The notes under the pieces: generated by a model
What the model saw: only the letters and a program-made list of their open reading frames with translations
What the model was told of the DNA's origin: nothing
Databases searched by the model: none
Part shown: positions 52,807-63,502 of the stretch, one piece after another
Layout of the letters: each line of letters begins with the position of its first letter
How positions within the stretch are numbered: the first letter of the stretch is position 1
Source: Balanoglossus misakiensis
Lineage: Eukaryota; Animalia; Hemichordata
Length of the DNA: 64,000 bases
Assembly (NCBI GenBank): GCA_040954595.2
Contig: JBECUI020000027.1
Location: 186,001 to 250,000, forward strand
Direction: 5' to 3'
Made by a program: the position numbers and the translations under genes

Positions 52807-55611
52807 TTATTTTGTTCTCATTGCATGAATACCATCCCAAAAGTGAGGGGGTGGATGTTTCAAGTACTCACGGCATTGTTGTATCATTACTTTGGAAGGT
52901 CCGTCTTCGGGAAGCACTTCAAGGGCCTTTAAAAAACACTGTATGGCCGCAGGCCAATTCTGCAAATCCATGGCATGAATCCCCTGAGAATAATGGTGGA
53001 AAGCCATTTTCATGGGGAGGGTAAAATCTTCTTTTAGACAGCACAATTCATACAGGGTTACAGGTTTCTCTATATTAACAACCCTCACCGTAGACAGCTT
53101 TCGGGTCACAAAAGATGAATGAACCATTCTTTCCGTTGAATGGCTGATGCATAGGCTTGTTCCATAATACTTGTTTACACCTTCTATACGGGAGGCAAGG
53201 TTCATCTGATTTCCCATACCGGTGTAGTCAGAGCGTTGTTCCGAACCCAGAAAGCCTACGCTGATCTTCCCAGTATTGATTCCTATACGAGTATGAAGAG
53301 GGGATCTGATAATATTTTTCCTCAGAAATTCATGATTCAAGGTCGCTTCTCTAGCTTGCATTCTTAGTGCCGCACGACAGGCTCTGAGGGCGTGATCTTC
53401 CCTGTCCAGGGGAGCGCCCCAAAAGGCAATAATGGCATCTCCCTCAAACTTATCGATTACCCCTAGTTCTTCAAAAATGATTTCATTCATTGCAGTCAGG
53501 TAGATTTTAAGGAGCTGGAAGACTTCCTGGGCGCTAAGATTCTCAGAAATAGAAGAGAAACCAGCAATATCGGTAAACATCGCTGTAATCAACCTTACTT
53601 CCCCCGTCTTGTTAAAAAGACTGGGATCTTTTTCTATTTCATCGATCACTTCAGGAGGAAGAACTTTGGAGAGTGCTCCCCTTATGAAACGTTTTTCGTT
53701 GGATTCGCGGAGGAAATTCTGAATTACTGCCACAAGGAAGGTGCTAAAGGCAGCCAGAAAGGTGGGGAGGATATTTATGTACAAGCCAGCAAAGATAAAT
53801 ACCGATCCCAAAGCTCCGATGGCAAGAAGAGTAAGGGTTAATCCTGCGGCCAATCCCAGACCAGAGGAGAGTCGCCGGGAAATAAAGGCCGCTGAGAGAG
53901 AGACGAATAGGGCCGCAATGGCGGCAAAAAACCAAGGTGCTTCCTGAAGAAAATCCTCTTGAATAAAGCCATTGATCACCGTAGCATAGAGCCCCACATT
54001 CATATAATTTTTTTCAAAAGGATTAACCCCAATATCGGTAGTACTGGTTCCCGTGTAACCCATGATGACTATGGCCTCTTTCAGAGACTTCTCCAGCACG
54101 GTCCTGATATCGAGCAGCTTCGTATATAACTCCCTTTGAATACTGAATACTTCAAGGGTGAAAGTTACTAGTTCCTCTGGATAAGGAATCTCTACCCTCT
54201 CCGAGCTTTCTGATTGTCGGGCCTCTATTTCCCTAAGAATAAGCTGTTCTGTATCTCCATTAAGGTAGTCCCCAAGTCCAGCAACAAAGGCTTCCCTAGC
54301 TCTGCGATATTCCTCTATTCCCTGGGCATCGCCGTCTTCAATCATGGAAAGGCGATAGTTTTCTAACTGCTTGTTCAAGAGGAGAAGGGAATCGAGGCTC
54401 TCGGATTGAAAATAGGGCCTCTGTTGGCTCATAAGCGCCAAATTGTGAGCGAGATCATCCCAGAGTCGATCATGTTCATAGAGATTCAGAAAGGAAAGGT
54501 GCTGGAAACTGTCAGCAAAGCTGGTAGAGGGCCAGGGAAGAAGAAAGCGACTATCTTGAGTCAAAGGGATGCTAGCACCTCCTATTTGGATCCGATCTTT
54601 TTCTATCTGGATGGAGGGGCGTCCGCTCATGTCCCACCAGGCAGCAAATCCCAGCTGACCGTAGTACTCCCCTTCATGACGGTAGAGAAGATCAACCCGG
54701 CGGCGAGTGCCATCAGGATCAATGTAGACCCGGGGAAAACCAGCAGTAGATGCGGCAGAAATAATGGGCATGATAGAGGGAAGAATATCTAGGGCCCTGC
54801 TGAAGGTGCTGTCTCCCGAAACGGTATCGACTTCCAAAGCCATGTTTTCCCGGGTATAACGCCTAAGCTCTTCGGAAAGCGTTGGGTCTATGTTGTCCAT
54901 CATATTGACCGTGGCAGTAACCTTATCAAGATAAGCAATGGCAGCCCCCAGATACGCATCGTTATCCCGACTTATAGACTTTACAGAATCCTGAAGGCGT
55001 AGTTTCCCCATGCGAAGAAACGCTGTTAATTCCTCCAGATAAAACTGGGCATCTTCGCTATTAAGGCGGCCTTCGACTAGAGAGTCAAAGAATTCCTTCT
55101 GATAGGTTTCCAGGTCGGAGAAAATCCGATCAAAGTCAGCGGGAATCTGCTCTTCTAAAAGTGTAGGACGAATCCCTGGAGGGCTGGGATCCACAAATTC
55201 GATATCCAATACAGCATACTCAGGGTCAAATTCCTTCATCAGGATAATGCCATCGGCAATGATGTCACGGCTTAAGGGATACATGTTGATCGCCGCAATG
55301 GTAGGGTCATTAATTTCTATGATGAGAATCCTGGGATCCTGTTTTATACTCGGACGAAAACGAAAAAGAAAATCATAAAGTTTGCTGTCTAAACCCCGAT
55401 AAAAGGCAGCGATATTGTTATCGTCATTGGCTCGCTCAAGAAGTTCGAAAACTTCTTTGTCTCTCCCTTTGACTTTTGACAACTCTGCGGCCTTCTGATA
55501 GAAGTCCTGGTGTCTGATTTCTTGCCGCCTATTCAAGAATAGTGGAAAAACAAAAATTACCGTGGCCAGAAACGCTATGCCAAAGATCCCAAGAAATTTT
55601 GTTGGAGGCAA
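52807..55611 (-). CDS. CHASE2-domain class III adenylate/guanylate cyclase with C-terminal TPR-like tail
   Basis: LYDFLFRFR..ILIIEI, LDIEF, DPDGTRR; 3 TM; FTDIAGFS, DKFEGDA, RIGIN, DYT.MG..NLASRIEG. Confidence 0.9.
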   Translation of the reverse strand: MPPTKFLGIFGIAFLATVIFVFPLFLNRRQEIRHQDFYQKAAELSKVKGRDKEVFELLERANDDNNIAAFYRGLDSKLYDFLFRFRPSIKQDPRILIIEINDPTIAAINMYPLSRDIIADGIILMKEFDPEYAVLDIEFVDPSPPGIRPTLLEEQIPADFDRIFSDLETYQKEFFDSLVEGRLNSEDAQFYLEELTAFLRMGKLRLQDSVKSISRDNDAYLGAAIAYLDKVTATVNMMDNIDPTLSEELRRYTRENMALEVDTVSGDSTFSRALDILPSIMPIISAASTAGFPRVYIDPDGTRRRVDLLYRHEGEYYGQLGFAAWWDMSGRPSIQIEKDRIQIGGASIPLTQDSRFLLPWPSTSFADSFQHLSFLNLYEHDRLWDDLAHNLALMSQQRPYFQSESLDSLLLLNKQLENYRLSMIEDGDAQGIEEYRRAREAFVAGLGDYLNGDTEQLILREIEARQSESSERVEIPYPEELVTFTLEVFSIQRELYTKLLDIRTVLEKSLKEAIVIMGYTGTSTTDIGVNPFEKNYMNVGLYATVINGFIQEDFLQEAPWFFAAIAALFVSLSAAFISRRLSSGLGLAAGLTLTLLAIGALGSVFIFAGLYINILPTFLAAFSTFLVAVIQNFLRESNEKRFIRGALSKVLPPEVIDEIEKDPSLFNKTGEVRLITAMFTDIAGFSSISENLSAQEVFQLLKIYLTAMNEIIFEELGVIDKFEGDAIIAFWGAPLDREDHALRACRAALRMQAREATLNHEFLRKNIIRSPLHTRIGINTGKISVGFLGSEQRSDYTGMGNQMNLASRIEGVNKYYGTSLCISHSTERMVHSSFVTRKLSTVRVVNIEKPVTLYELCCLKEDFTLPMKMAFHHYSQGIHAMDLQNWPAAIQCFLKALEVLPEDGPSKVMIQQCREYLKHPPPHFWDGIHAMRTK

Positions 55612-56337
55612 TTATTGAATCTCCAGAATTTGGGTATACTCTAGAGAGGGATCGCCTTCTCGATGCATGGTAAAAATAATACCATTATGCTCTGGAGGAA
55701 TAAGCCAATGTTCATCTTGTGAAGGGCGAATTGCTTCACCTGTAAAATATTTGGCATTGCTTATGATGGCCAACTCGTTTGAGCCAAAGTATGGTTTATA
55801 CTTGATTTTGTCTCCCTCAGGTTCCCGTTCTCCGGTTTTTATGACAAGGGTATCTTCTTTAAGCCCTATGGAGTAGGAATCCCTGGTATCAAAGAAATTT
55901 CCGATTGAGACGCTGTTGAGGGTAAAAACTTTGGCACCGGGGCCTATCTTCACAGTAAAGGTATTATCTCCTGGTTTGATGCTCAGCTCTTTAATCGCAC
56001 TGCCCACCATATCTTGTCCATCATTGCCATTGTTACTCAAAAGAACTACATAGAGAATGTAGTCGTCGGGAATGAGATGATCCAGGACAACAGTTTCCGT
56101 GGGATAAGTTATTTCTCTATATACATGGATTCGTTCTCCCTTCAAAAGCCCCAGATGGACCTGGTTTGTACTGGCAGACACATAACGTCCCTGCTGACTG
56201 GAAGAATACCCAGAAAGCTGGGGAAGCTGGATACGCAAACTAGCCTTGGTACCCAGATAGCCTGAACATCCAAATAGGAAGACTAAGGGCAGCACCAGAA
56301 AAACCTTGATTACAGTCCACACTTGCTTCATTTCCAT
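55612..56337 (-). CDS. Hypothetical lipoprotein
   Basis: Lipobox LVFLFGC; co-oriented within the operon. Confidence 0.7.
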   Translation of the reverse strand: MEMKQVWTVIKVFLVLPLVFLFGCSGYLGTKASLRIQLPQLSGYSSSQQGRYVSASTNQVHLGLLKGERIHVYREITYPTETVVLDHLIPDDYILYVVLLSNNGNDGQDMVGSAIKELSIKPGDNTFTVKIGPGAKVFTLNSVSIGNFFDTRDSYSIGLKEDTLVIKTGEREPEGDKIKYKPYFGSNELAIISNAKYFTGEAIRPSQDEHWLIPPEHNGIIFTMHREGDPSLEYTQILEIQ

Positions 56338-56340
56338 CTT

Positions 56341-56985
56341 CTACTCCAAAGAAAGGGACAAGTTGCCTTTCGTCTCATCAAATGTACCGGGAAAATAGAA
56401 TTTTCGATCATCGTCCATGCTACCCGCCACTGGATTGACCTTCCCTTTGTTGTAAAGACCCACAAGGGGATTAGAGGGGCCTGAAGCTCCTGCCCAGGAG
56501 TAGCTTCCTCCAGGAACGAAAACCCGAGAGGAGCCTTGACTAAACTCAACCCAGCCTTCTATTACTTCAATTTTCTGAGAGCTCAAAAGGAACTCTGTTC
56601 CCCTTACTGCCGCCGTGGTCGTGGGGGTTGTAAGGCGAAAATCTAATTTCTCTCTACCCTTGCGGATTTGCGCCCGAACTCCTCCGATCTCCAGAGACAG
56701 AGAGGCTGATAGTGTTCCAGGAGATTCCCGAAGTTCCTCCACCCGTATGCGGCTGAGGGGCTGGACAAACAATTCTGAATCCTGAATTTGCAACACCGCC
56801 TCAGAACGAAAGCCTGTGGAAATAACAGCCATGGAAGGAATTATCTGCCCTGCCTCTGCCGGAACCCATGCTTCTCCAGGAACCTGGTAGGCAACCTTAC
56901 CAGTTATACGGACAACAAGGGCCTCCATGGATAAAAGTAGCGGGGTTATGGAGCCTAGTAAGAAAAAGAATATCCATTTTTTCAC
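56341..56985 (-). CDS. FecR-domain exported protein
   Basis: Signal peptide; ISTG..SEAVL, L..G.V, TPTTTAAVRGTEF, VIEG.V. Confidence 0.85.
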   Translation of the reverse strand: MKKWIFFFLLGSITPLLLSMEALVVRITGKVAYQVPGEAWVPAEAGQIIPSMAVISTGFRSEAVLQIQDSELFVQPLSRIRVEELRESPGTLSASLSLEIGGVRAQIRKGREKLDFRLTTPTTTAAVRGTEFLLSSQKIEVIEGWVEFSQGSSRVFVPGGSYSWAGASGPSNPLVGLYNKGKVNPVAGSMDDDRKFYFPGTFDETKGNLSLSLE

Positions 56986-57008
56986 GAATTTCTCCTGATA
57001 AACATCGC

Positions 57009-58316
57009 CTAAAAACTCAAAAATATATCAAGACCGATCTTATACAAAACCGGGAAATAAGGAGCTAGTTCCGACTTAAGGCGGAGGGACTCCCCAGCGT
57101 AGAGAAAGCCTGCTCGAAAGGCCATACCGAAATCCGAGCCCGGTCTGTAAAAAAGACTCAGCAAAACTTCCTGACCCAGAAAAACACCCTGTTCTTCCCT
57201 GCTTACCAAGGAAGAAGACACCGGCCCCTGAGAGGTTCTTAGGAAGGTGGTTCCCCGGAATTCCCAGGAAAATTTTCCCAATTTCGATTCCATGCTGAAA
57301 AAGGCCCCCAAGGCAAACAGGTTTCCTATCTCAAATTCCTCAACAAAACCCTGAGTGGAAACCTTTGATAGGGGCAGGTACTGGTTCAAGGTTTTTTTCT
57401 CTGGGGCAATCTCCCCTAAGTAATAGTTTTGACGCCCCCAGTCATCTCCTGTGGAAAGCAGCATGTCAACGCCCAGACGTGTTCGCCCCCCGGGAGGGAG
57501 GAGAGAAAGGCCTAGTTTCATAGCTCCTGCCAGGGTCAGTAATTCTCCATACTGTCCCAACTGCCCAACTACAGCCGTGTCCCAGAAGAAAAACGATCCA
57601 AGGAGGCCCTGAAGTGATAATTCCAAATATTGAGAGTGGAATTCTCTGCTTCCTTCTGCAATGTCCTTTGAGGGAGTTAATTCCTGCTGAGCCAACAGAT
57701 AGACCGAGGCTCCCAACAAGGGAGACGGGGGGGAAATTGCCCAACCAGCGTAGGCAAAAAGCCTTGGCGAGGCTACCAAAGAAGTACGAAGCCTATCGGT
57801 CTGGGTTACTATGAAATTTGATTGTTTTGTAAAAACTCCACCCGTAAAAGCAGCACCAAAATTGAGGGTATGGACTCCCAGAATTACAGAGACATCGAAA
57901 CCGTCAGCAGGACCGTTTACGATAAGTTCTGAGGGATCCTTAAAACGCTGACGACCTACTCGATAAGAAAAGCGCTCTCCGTATCCATAGAGGGCAAACT
58001 TGTTCAATTGGGGATACAGGTAATAACGGGTCCCCATGTAACTGAACTTTCCTTCAGAACCTACCTCGAGTCCAAAAAGAAAATTGGCATTGAAGCTGCC
58101 CCCAAATTCCATTTCCCATTGAAAGGTTTGACTGAACTGTCCCTTGTACCAAAGCAGTGCCGTATTGGATGTGCCCAGATCAATCGTGGTATCAAAACCA
58201 TCAGGAGCTTCCACATTAAGAGAAATGCGGCCGCCCCAGATGTGATTGTAGGCTGGTATAGTGGAAACACTGACAAGAAGATAAAGAAGGAATGAGCAGA
58301 AAAAAGATTTTTTCAT
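57009..58316 (-). CDS. Hypothetical outer-membrane beta-barrel protein
   Basis: Signal peptide, VGRQ, DGF, alternating strands, terminal ..DIFLSF. Confidence 0.65.
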   Translation of the reverse strand: MKKSFFCSFLLYLLVSVSTIPAYNHIWGGRISLNVEAPDGFDTTIDLGTSNTALLWYKGQFSQTFQWEMEFGGSFNANFLFGLEVGSEGKFSYMGTRYYLYPQLNKFALYGYGERFSYRVGRQRFKDPSELIVNGPADGFDVSVILGVHTLNFGAAFTGGVFTKQSNFIVTQTDRLRTSLVASPRLFAYAGWAISPPSPLLGASVYLLAQQELTPSKDIAEGSREFHSQYLELSLQGLLGSFFFWDTAVVGQLGQYGELLTLAGAMKLGLSLLPPGGRTRLGVDMLLSTGDDWGRQNYYLGEIAPEKKTLNQYLPLSKVSTQGFVEEFEIGNLFALGAFFSMESKLGKFSWEFRGTTFLRTSQGPVSSSLVSREEQGVFLGQEVLLSLFYRPGSDFGMAFRAGFLYAGESLRLKSELAPYFPVLYKIGLDIFLSF

Positions 58317-58762
58317 TTTGTTTCCCCTAAAACGGCACTGAGTCCTGAAAGAACTTCTCCGGGAGACATCTTTTTATTGGTATAAACTTGGCTGGCAGGA
58401 ATATAACGGCGATATCCCGCCTCCATAACGGCGTAACGAGGAGTGGGGAAAAGAGTGTAAAGGATTCCCCCCCTAATCTCGAAAACCTCCATAAGGGCTA
58501 AGTAAAACAGGCCCTGAGTTATTGGTTTATGGGGGTCTTTTTTGGCAACTAAACGGCCAAAAGACTGTTTTAGGGCCCATTGGTAGCCATCTGCCGGCTT
58601 AGCCTCGTCTGGAAGTACTCCTAGAGCCTGGGCAATGAATAGAAAACTGGTAGCTGTATCAGCTTCTTTTTTGACAAGAAATTCGTCAATAAGTTCATTG
58701 GATTGGGCTGTCAAACTTACAGGGATAAATAAAAGGAAAAGGATACGTGTATGGATCTTCAT
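58313..58762 (-). CDS. Hypothetical exported protein
   Basis: MKIHTRILFLL..AQSN signal; overlaps the downstream gene by 4 nt. Confidence 0.65.
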   Translation of the reverse strand: MKIHTRILFLLFIPVSLTAQSNELIDEFLVKKEADTATSFLFIAQALGVLPDEAKPADGYQWALKQSFGRLVAKKDPHKPITQGLFYLALMEVFEIRGGILYTLFPTPRYAVMEAGYRRYIPASQVYTNKKMSPGEVLSGLSAVLGETK

Positions 58763-59096
58763 GTTTTTCGCCCTCTCTATAAATAGCTTAATATATTTTA
58801 GAAAGCCGTTGCAAAAAGACTGAGAAATTTTTGATTTTCCAAGGAAAAAGATTTCAAAGCTGACTTTTAGCAAGGAGAAAGAAAGTACAAACAATTGATA
58901 GGTTAAAGGTTTGCAGAATTGAATCAGGAGGATGAACCGTTGCAATTCTATGATGATTCAAAGCATTAAAAAAACAGGCGTGATCTAGCTATGTTCAGCC
59001 AAAACAGTTTTTCCCGTATAGCAAAAAAAGAGGAAAGGTTCAGCTGAACAAGCCGCTTTAAAAAACCTAAAGAAAGCAAAAAATGGAGATCTTGAC

Positions 59097-60374
59097 CTAC
59101 TTGTCGTGATAGGTTGCCGCAATGGACTTCATATCCACAGCCTGCCCGCTTTTATCTTCTAAACGATTTTGTACCATGGCCGTAACCCCAATGGAGAGTC
59201 CAAAGAGGTTAATGAAGCCTTCGGCGTCGGCATGGTTGTAGCTAGTTTTACCAAAGCTGGCCAGCTCCTCCATGTAGAGAGCGTAGGGGCTCTTGCGGCC
59301 CACAACAGTGGCATTTCCTTTGTAAAGGGCAAGCCTCACTGAACCGGTTGTGTAGGCGGTAATGGCTTCCATAAAGGCCTCCAGGCCCTGACGCACAGTG
59401 GTGAACCATTTTCCTGAGTAAACCATATCGGCGTAGTTATGGGTCAGTTTATGCTTCAGAGAAAGGGCATCAAAGTTGATTGTAAACATTTCCAAATCAC
59501 GCAGCGCTATGTGCAGCAGGGTGCCCCCGGGAGTCTCATAGACTCCTCGACTTTTCATTCCTACCATGCGGGTTTCAACAATATCCTGGCGACCAATACC
59601 ATTTTCAGCGGCCAGGCGGTTTAACTGGGTAAGGAGTTCCAGGGGATCTTTTTTTTCTCCGTTTAGCCCTATGGGGAGGCCTTTTTCTATGTCTATGGAA
59701 ATTTCAACAGTTTTATCAGGAGCCTCCTGAGGACTCTTACTGATCTGATACATGGATTCTTCTGGAGACTCCCAGGGTTTCTCCAGTCTCCCGCCTTCGT
59801 GACTCGTATGCCAGATGTTTGAATCTCTGCTGTAGATATTCTCTTTGCTTACTAGACCCAGGTCCAAATTTTTTTCTTTAGCATAGTTAATGGCCTCTTC
59901 CCTGCTGTGAATATCCCAGATCCGCCATGGGGCAATAACCTTTAAATGGGGAGCCAAGGCCTTGTAGGTAAGTTCAAAGCGAATCTGATCGTTTCCCTTG
60001 CCTGTGCATCCGTGGGACAGGGCATCGCATCCCTCGGCCAGAGCTACCTCTACTTGCTTCTTGGCTTGCAGAGGGCGGGCAATGGAGGTACCCAGAAGAT
60101 ACTGCCCTTCGTATATGGCCCCAGCTCGAACCATGGGGAAAAGGTAGTCAACGACAAACTCCTTACGCAGGTCGGCTAATAGAAATTGAGAGGCTCCCGA
60201 GGCGTAAGCCTTACGCTCTACGGCCTCCCAATCCTCTTCCTGTCCAACGTGGGTACAAAGAGCAATAATCTCAGGATTGTTGTAGTTGTCCTTAAGCCAG
60301 GGAATAATTATGGAGGTATCAAGTCCTCCTGAGTAGGCCAGGCATATTTTCTTGGCTTCTCCGTCATTCTTCAT
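59097..60374 (-). CDS. argG: Argininosuccinate synthase
   Basis: LAYSGGLDTS, LGTSIARP, HGCTGKGNDQ.RFE, KSRGVYETPG. Confidence 0.97.
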   Translation of the reverse strand: MKNDGEAKKICLAYSGGLDTSIIIPWLKDNYNNPEIIALCTHVGQEEDWEAVERKAYASGASQFLLADLRKEFVVDYLFPMVRAGAIYEGQYLLGTSIARPLQAKKQVEVALAEGCDALSHGCTGKGNDQIRFELTYKALAPHLKVIAPWRIWDIHSREEAINYAKEKNLDLGLVSKENIYSRDSNIWHTSHEGGRLEKPWESPEESMYQISKSPQEAPDKTVEISIDIEKGLPIGLNGEKKDPLELLTQLNRLAAENGIGRQDIVETRMVGMKSRGVYETPGGTLLHIALRDLEMFTINFDALSLKHKLTHNYADMVYSGKWFTTVRQGLEAFMEAITAYTTGSVRLALYKGNATVVGRKSPYALYMEELASFGKTSYNHADAEGFINLFGLSIGVTAMVQNRLEDKSGQAVDMKSIAATYHDK

Positions 60375-61590
60375 ATAATTTCTCCTTAATAACCGTGAAT
60401 AAAAGGTCTATACCTTCTTCAATTTCCTTATCGTTGATGATAAGCGGAGGGGCAAGGCGTATAAGATCAGTTCCTGATTGAAGGACGAACAGACCCCTGT
60501 CCCGACAGGAATCAATGATCTTTTTACACCATTGGCCCCCCTTGTTTTCCAAACGTAGACCCCGGAGGAGTCCCCTCCCCCGGACTTCCCCTTCCTTCCC
60601 CAGGAAGTCCAGACCTTTCAGAAGGAGTTCCTCCATCAGGACTCCCTTTCTTCTCACTTCGGAAAGGAACTCCTTTTGACTAATGATGTCCCATACAGTA
60701 TTGGCCACAGCCGTGGTAACCGGTCCTCCACCAAAAGTACTGCCGTGCTGTCCTATTTCTAGTAATTCATTCACTTTTGCTGGTATAAGAGTGGCTGAAA
60801 GAGGCAATCCCCCTCCAAGAGGCTTAGAAAGAGTAATGATATCCGGCTCCAGGCCCAGTTGCTCGCTGACCGAAAGGGTCCCGCAACGGCCCAGTCCCGT
60901 CTGCACTTCATCGGCAATCAGAAGAATCTTATGTTTTCTACAGAGACTGTTTAAGGTTCTGGCTGTCTCTTCTTTTAGAGATTCCAATCCTCCCTCTCCC
61001 TGTAATCCCTCCAAAATCACCCCTGCAACTCTGCCGTCCAAGGCCTTGTTTAAAGCCCCAAGATCGTTAAAAGGCAGGATATCCACATCAGCAAGAAGAG
61101 GAGCAAAGACTTCTTGATATCGCGCATTGGCTGTAAGACTAAGAGAACCCATGGTACGCCCATGGAAGCCCCCAGTAAAAGAGACCAGGTGGTGGTGGTC
61201 TTTGCCCCGGTGTTTCCCAGCATAAAGCCGGGCATATTTCAGGGCGGCCTCGTTAGCCTCGGTTCCCGAATTCCCAAAGTAAACCGCTGCGAAGGGAGCA
61301 GCACAGGGAAAGGGAGCCTTAAGGAGTTTTTCCGCTAGTTCCCAGGCTGGACGACTAGTGAATAGATTGGATACATGGATGAGCTTGCGCATCTGTTCTG
61401 CAGCCACCTCAGCCAGGTCTTCTCTTCCGTAACCCAGGGCGTTTACCGCTATTCCCCCAGCCATATCCAGATAGCTCCGCCCGGAGCTATCGGTGACACG
61501 GCACCCTTGGCCGCTTTCCAAAATCAACAGGTCGGTACCATATTGTCGGGGAAAGGGCAGGCAGGGTTCTTGTGGACAAAAAGTATTCAT
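60364..61590 (-). CDS. argD: Acetylornithine aminotransferase
   Basis: NSGTEANE, FHGRT, QGEGG, DEVQTG.GR, SKPLGGG, HGSTFGG. Confidence 0.93.
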   Translation of the reverse strand: MNTFCPQEPCLPFPRQYGTDLLILESGQGCRVTDSSGRSYLDMAGGIAVNALGYGREDLAEVAAEQMRKLIHVSNLFTSRPAWELAEKLLKAPFPCAAPFAAVYFGNSGTEANEAALKYARLYAGKHRGKDHHHLVSFTGGFHGRTMGSLSLTANARYQEVFAPLLADVDILPFNDLGALNKALDGRVAGVILEGLQGEGGLESLKEETARTLNSLCRKHKILLIADEVQTGLGRCGTLSVSEQLGLEPDIITLSKPLGGGLPLSATLIPAKVNELLEIGQHGSTFGGGPVTTAVANTVWDIISQKEFLSEVRRKGVLMEELLLKGLDFLGKEGEVRGRGLLRGLRLENKGGQWCKKIIDSCRDRGLFVLQSGTDLIRLAPPLIINDKEIEEGIDLLFTVIKEKLYEE

Positions 61591-61592
61591 GA

Positions 61593-62438
61593 TCAGCCTT
61601 CTGTAAGCAAAGTTCCTTTGGATTGGTTCATGAGCCTGGTCAAATCACCGGGCTCCCTATATTCTCCTATACTAACACCTCTCACGCCTTGCCTCAGGGC
61701 CTCAAAGGCAGAGCGGACCTTGGGTATCATACCCCCGGTGATAACACCAGCAGCCTCTTTGGCCTGGGCCATTTCACGGTTAATACTGGGAAGGATTTTT
61801 CCTTTTTCCATTAGGCCCGGGACATCGGAAAGAAAAATCAATCTCTCAGCTCTCAAGGCCACGGCCACAGCCAGCGCCATTTCGTCGGCATTGACGTTAA
61901 TACCCTGTCCCTGGGCATCGGTAGAGGGTGGGGCCAATACTGGAAGGAAGCCATGGTCCAGCAGGAGCTTTAAGGGTTTAGAGTCTAACACGGTCAGGTG
62001 GCCGCTACGATTGTTCTTGCTGTCGCCGTCGCCGCTTAGGCTCTCGGCTATGCTCAGTCCGCCATCGACACCCGAAAGTCCCCATGGTCTGAGGCCTCGA
62101 CTCCATAAGAACCTGACAAGTTCCTTGTTGACCCGCCCCGCCAAGGCCATATCAATAAGAGGCATTTCTTCGGGAGGAGTATGCCGAAGGCCGTCCACAA
62201 AGCAGGGTTTCATGCCGTAGCGTCTTTGAATTTCGCTGATTACAGTCCCCCCTCCATGAACCAGTATGGCCAACTGACCCTTCCCTATCATGCTGTGAAG
62301 TTCATCGGCCAGGGCAGCAGTAGTTTGTCTGTCGATGGCAGGCAAGCCTCCTAGTTTTACGAGCAGCAGGCCTTTGATATTATTGTCTTCCTTGGGAGCT
62401 GTTCCCAAAAGAGATAAAGCTTTGTCTAACACTGTCAA
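61593..62438 (-). CDS. argB: Acetylglutamate kinase
   Basis: VKLGG, VHGGG, GLR.T, NVNAD, SDVPG, GGMIPK. Confidence 0.93.
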   Translation of the reverse strand: MTVLDKALSLLGTAPKEDNNIKGLLLVKLGGLPAIDRQTTAALADELHSMIGKGQLAILVHGGGTVISEIQRRYGMKPCFVDGLRHTPPEEMPLIDMALAGRVNKELVRFLWSRGLRPWGLSGVDGGLSIAESLSGDGDSKNNRSGHLTVLDSKPLKLLLDHGFLPVLAPPSTDAQGQGINVNADEMALAVAVALRAERLIFLSDVPGLMEKGKILPSINREMAQAKEAAGVITGGMIPKVRSAFEALRQGVRGVSIGEYREPGDLTRLMNQSKGTLLTEG

Positions 62439-63502
62439 ACCGTCCCGGAAATAGGGAGACCCGTGGTTTCGTCAAAACCAAAGCGGATATTGAAAGCCTG
62501 AACCGCCTGACCCGCAGCCCCCTTAAGAAGATTGTCCAGAGCACTGAAAAGATAGACCATCTTCCATGGTTCTCCGGGATGATTCTTCTGGTCTTTTTCC
62601 ATGGTCCAGCCTATGTCGCAGCGGTTGGAACCAAGAACATCTCTGGCAGCAGGGATCTCTCCTCTCCGAAGCCGAACGAAGGGAGAAGCTGAGTAGGCTT
62701 TCTCCAGGACTTCCTCAAGATACTCAGGCCCTTGCCTTGCAGCTGTTTCTGTTGCAGGAACCGCTGTGGTGACCACCATACCCCGACGCAGAGGGATGAG
62801 ATGGGGCGTAAAATAGAGAGAAGCATCGGAGCCAGCCCCCTTGAGAGCCTGGAGAATTTCAGGGAGGTGTCGGTGCCGTAGTCCGGGATTATAGGCCACA
62901 GCATTTTCAGAACGCTCCACAAAAAGCCAGTTATCCTGAGCCTTTTTCCCCGCCCCTGAAATACCTGTAAGGGCATTGACAACGATGGGGCCTTGAAGCA
63001 GTTTTGCAGCAGCCAGGGGCAGAAGGGGAAGCAGAATGCAGGTAGGATAGCAGCCGGGTACAGCAATAATTTCTGCGGACTTCAATGCTTCACGATGAAT
63101 TTCTACCAAACCGTAAACGGCGTTTTTTCGCAGATCGGGACGGGGGGGGGAGTTGCCGTAGAACTGCTGATGCGCCTCAGGATCCTGAAGCCTAAAATCT
63201 GCAGAAAGATCCACAACAACGCTGTTGGCAAAGAAGGGAGCACAGGTCTGAGCCGAAACCCCCGGTGGAAGGGCAGCGAAAACAACATCGGGCTTAGCTG
63301 CAACAGCTTGGGAGACATCGAGCAAAAGTCCCCCAGGGGGAAGCTTCTCTTCGCTATCCTGACCTATTCCCCGGTCGGTGAGGGCTTGCCCAGCCTTACT
63401 AGAAGAAACTGGCAAGATTTTCCGAACTCCGGGATGCCCGAGGAGCAGCCGCATCAAAACCTGGCCTCCATATCCTCTGGCCCCTAAAACAGCAGCAGTC
63501 AT
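62435..63502 (-). CDS. argC: N-acetyl-gamma-glutamyl-phosphate reductase
   Basis: GARGYGG, DLSADFR, PGCYPT, SGAG, FTPH, DNLLKGAAGQA. Confidence 0.95.
   Translation of the reverse strand: MTAAVLGARGYGGQVLMRLLLGHPGVRKILPVSSSKAGQALTDRGIGQDSEEKLPPGGLLLDVSQAVAAKPDVVFAALPPGVSAQTCAPFFANSVVVDLSADFRLQDPEAHQQFYGNSPPRPDLRKNAVYGLVEIHREALKSAEIIAVPGCYPTCILLPLLPLAAAKLLQGPIVVNALTGISGAGKKAQDNWLFVERSENAVAYNPGLRHRHLPEILQALKGAGSDASLYFTPHLIPLRRGMVVTTAVPATETAARQGPEYLEEVLEKAYSASPFVRLRRGEIPAARDVLGSNRCDIGWTMEKDQKNHPGEPWKMVYLFSALDNLLKGAAGQAVQAFNIRFGFDETTGLPISGTV

Noticed and set aside
61375-62220. 281 aa plus-strand ORF and similar antisense ORFs across housekeeping genes
   Set aside because: Shadow ORFs opposite well-supported genes (argB etc.), with no recognisable motifs
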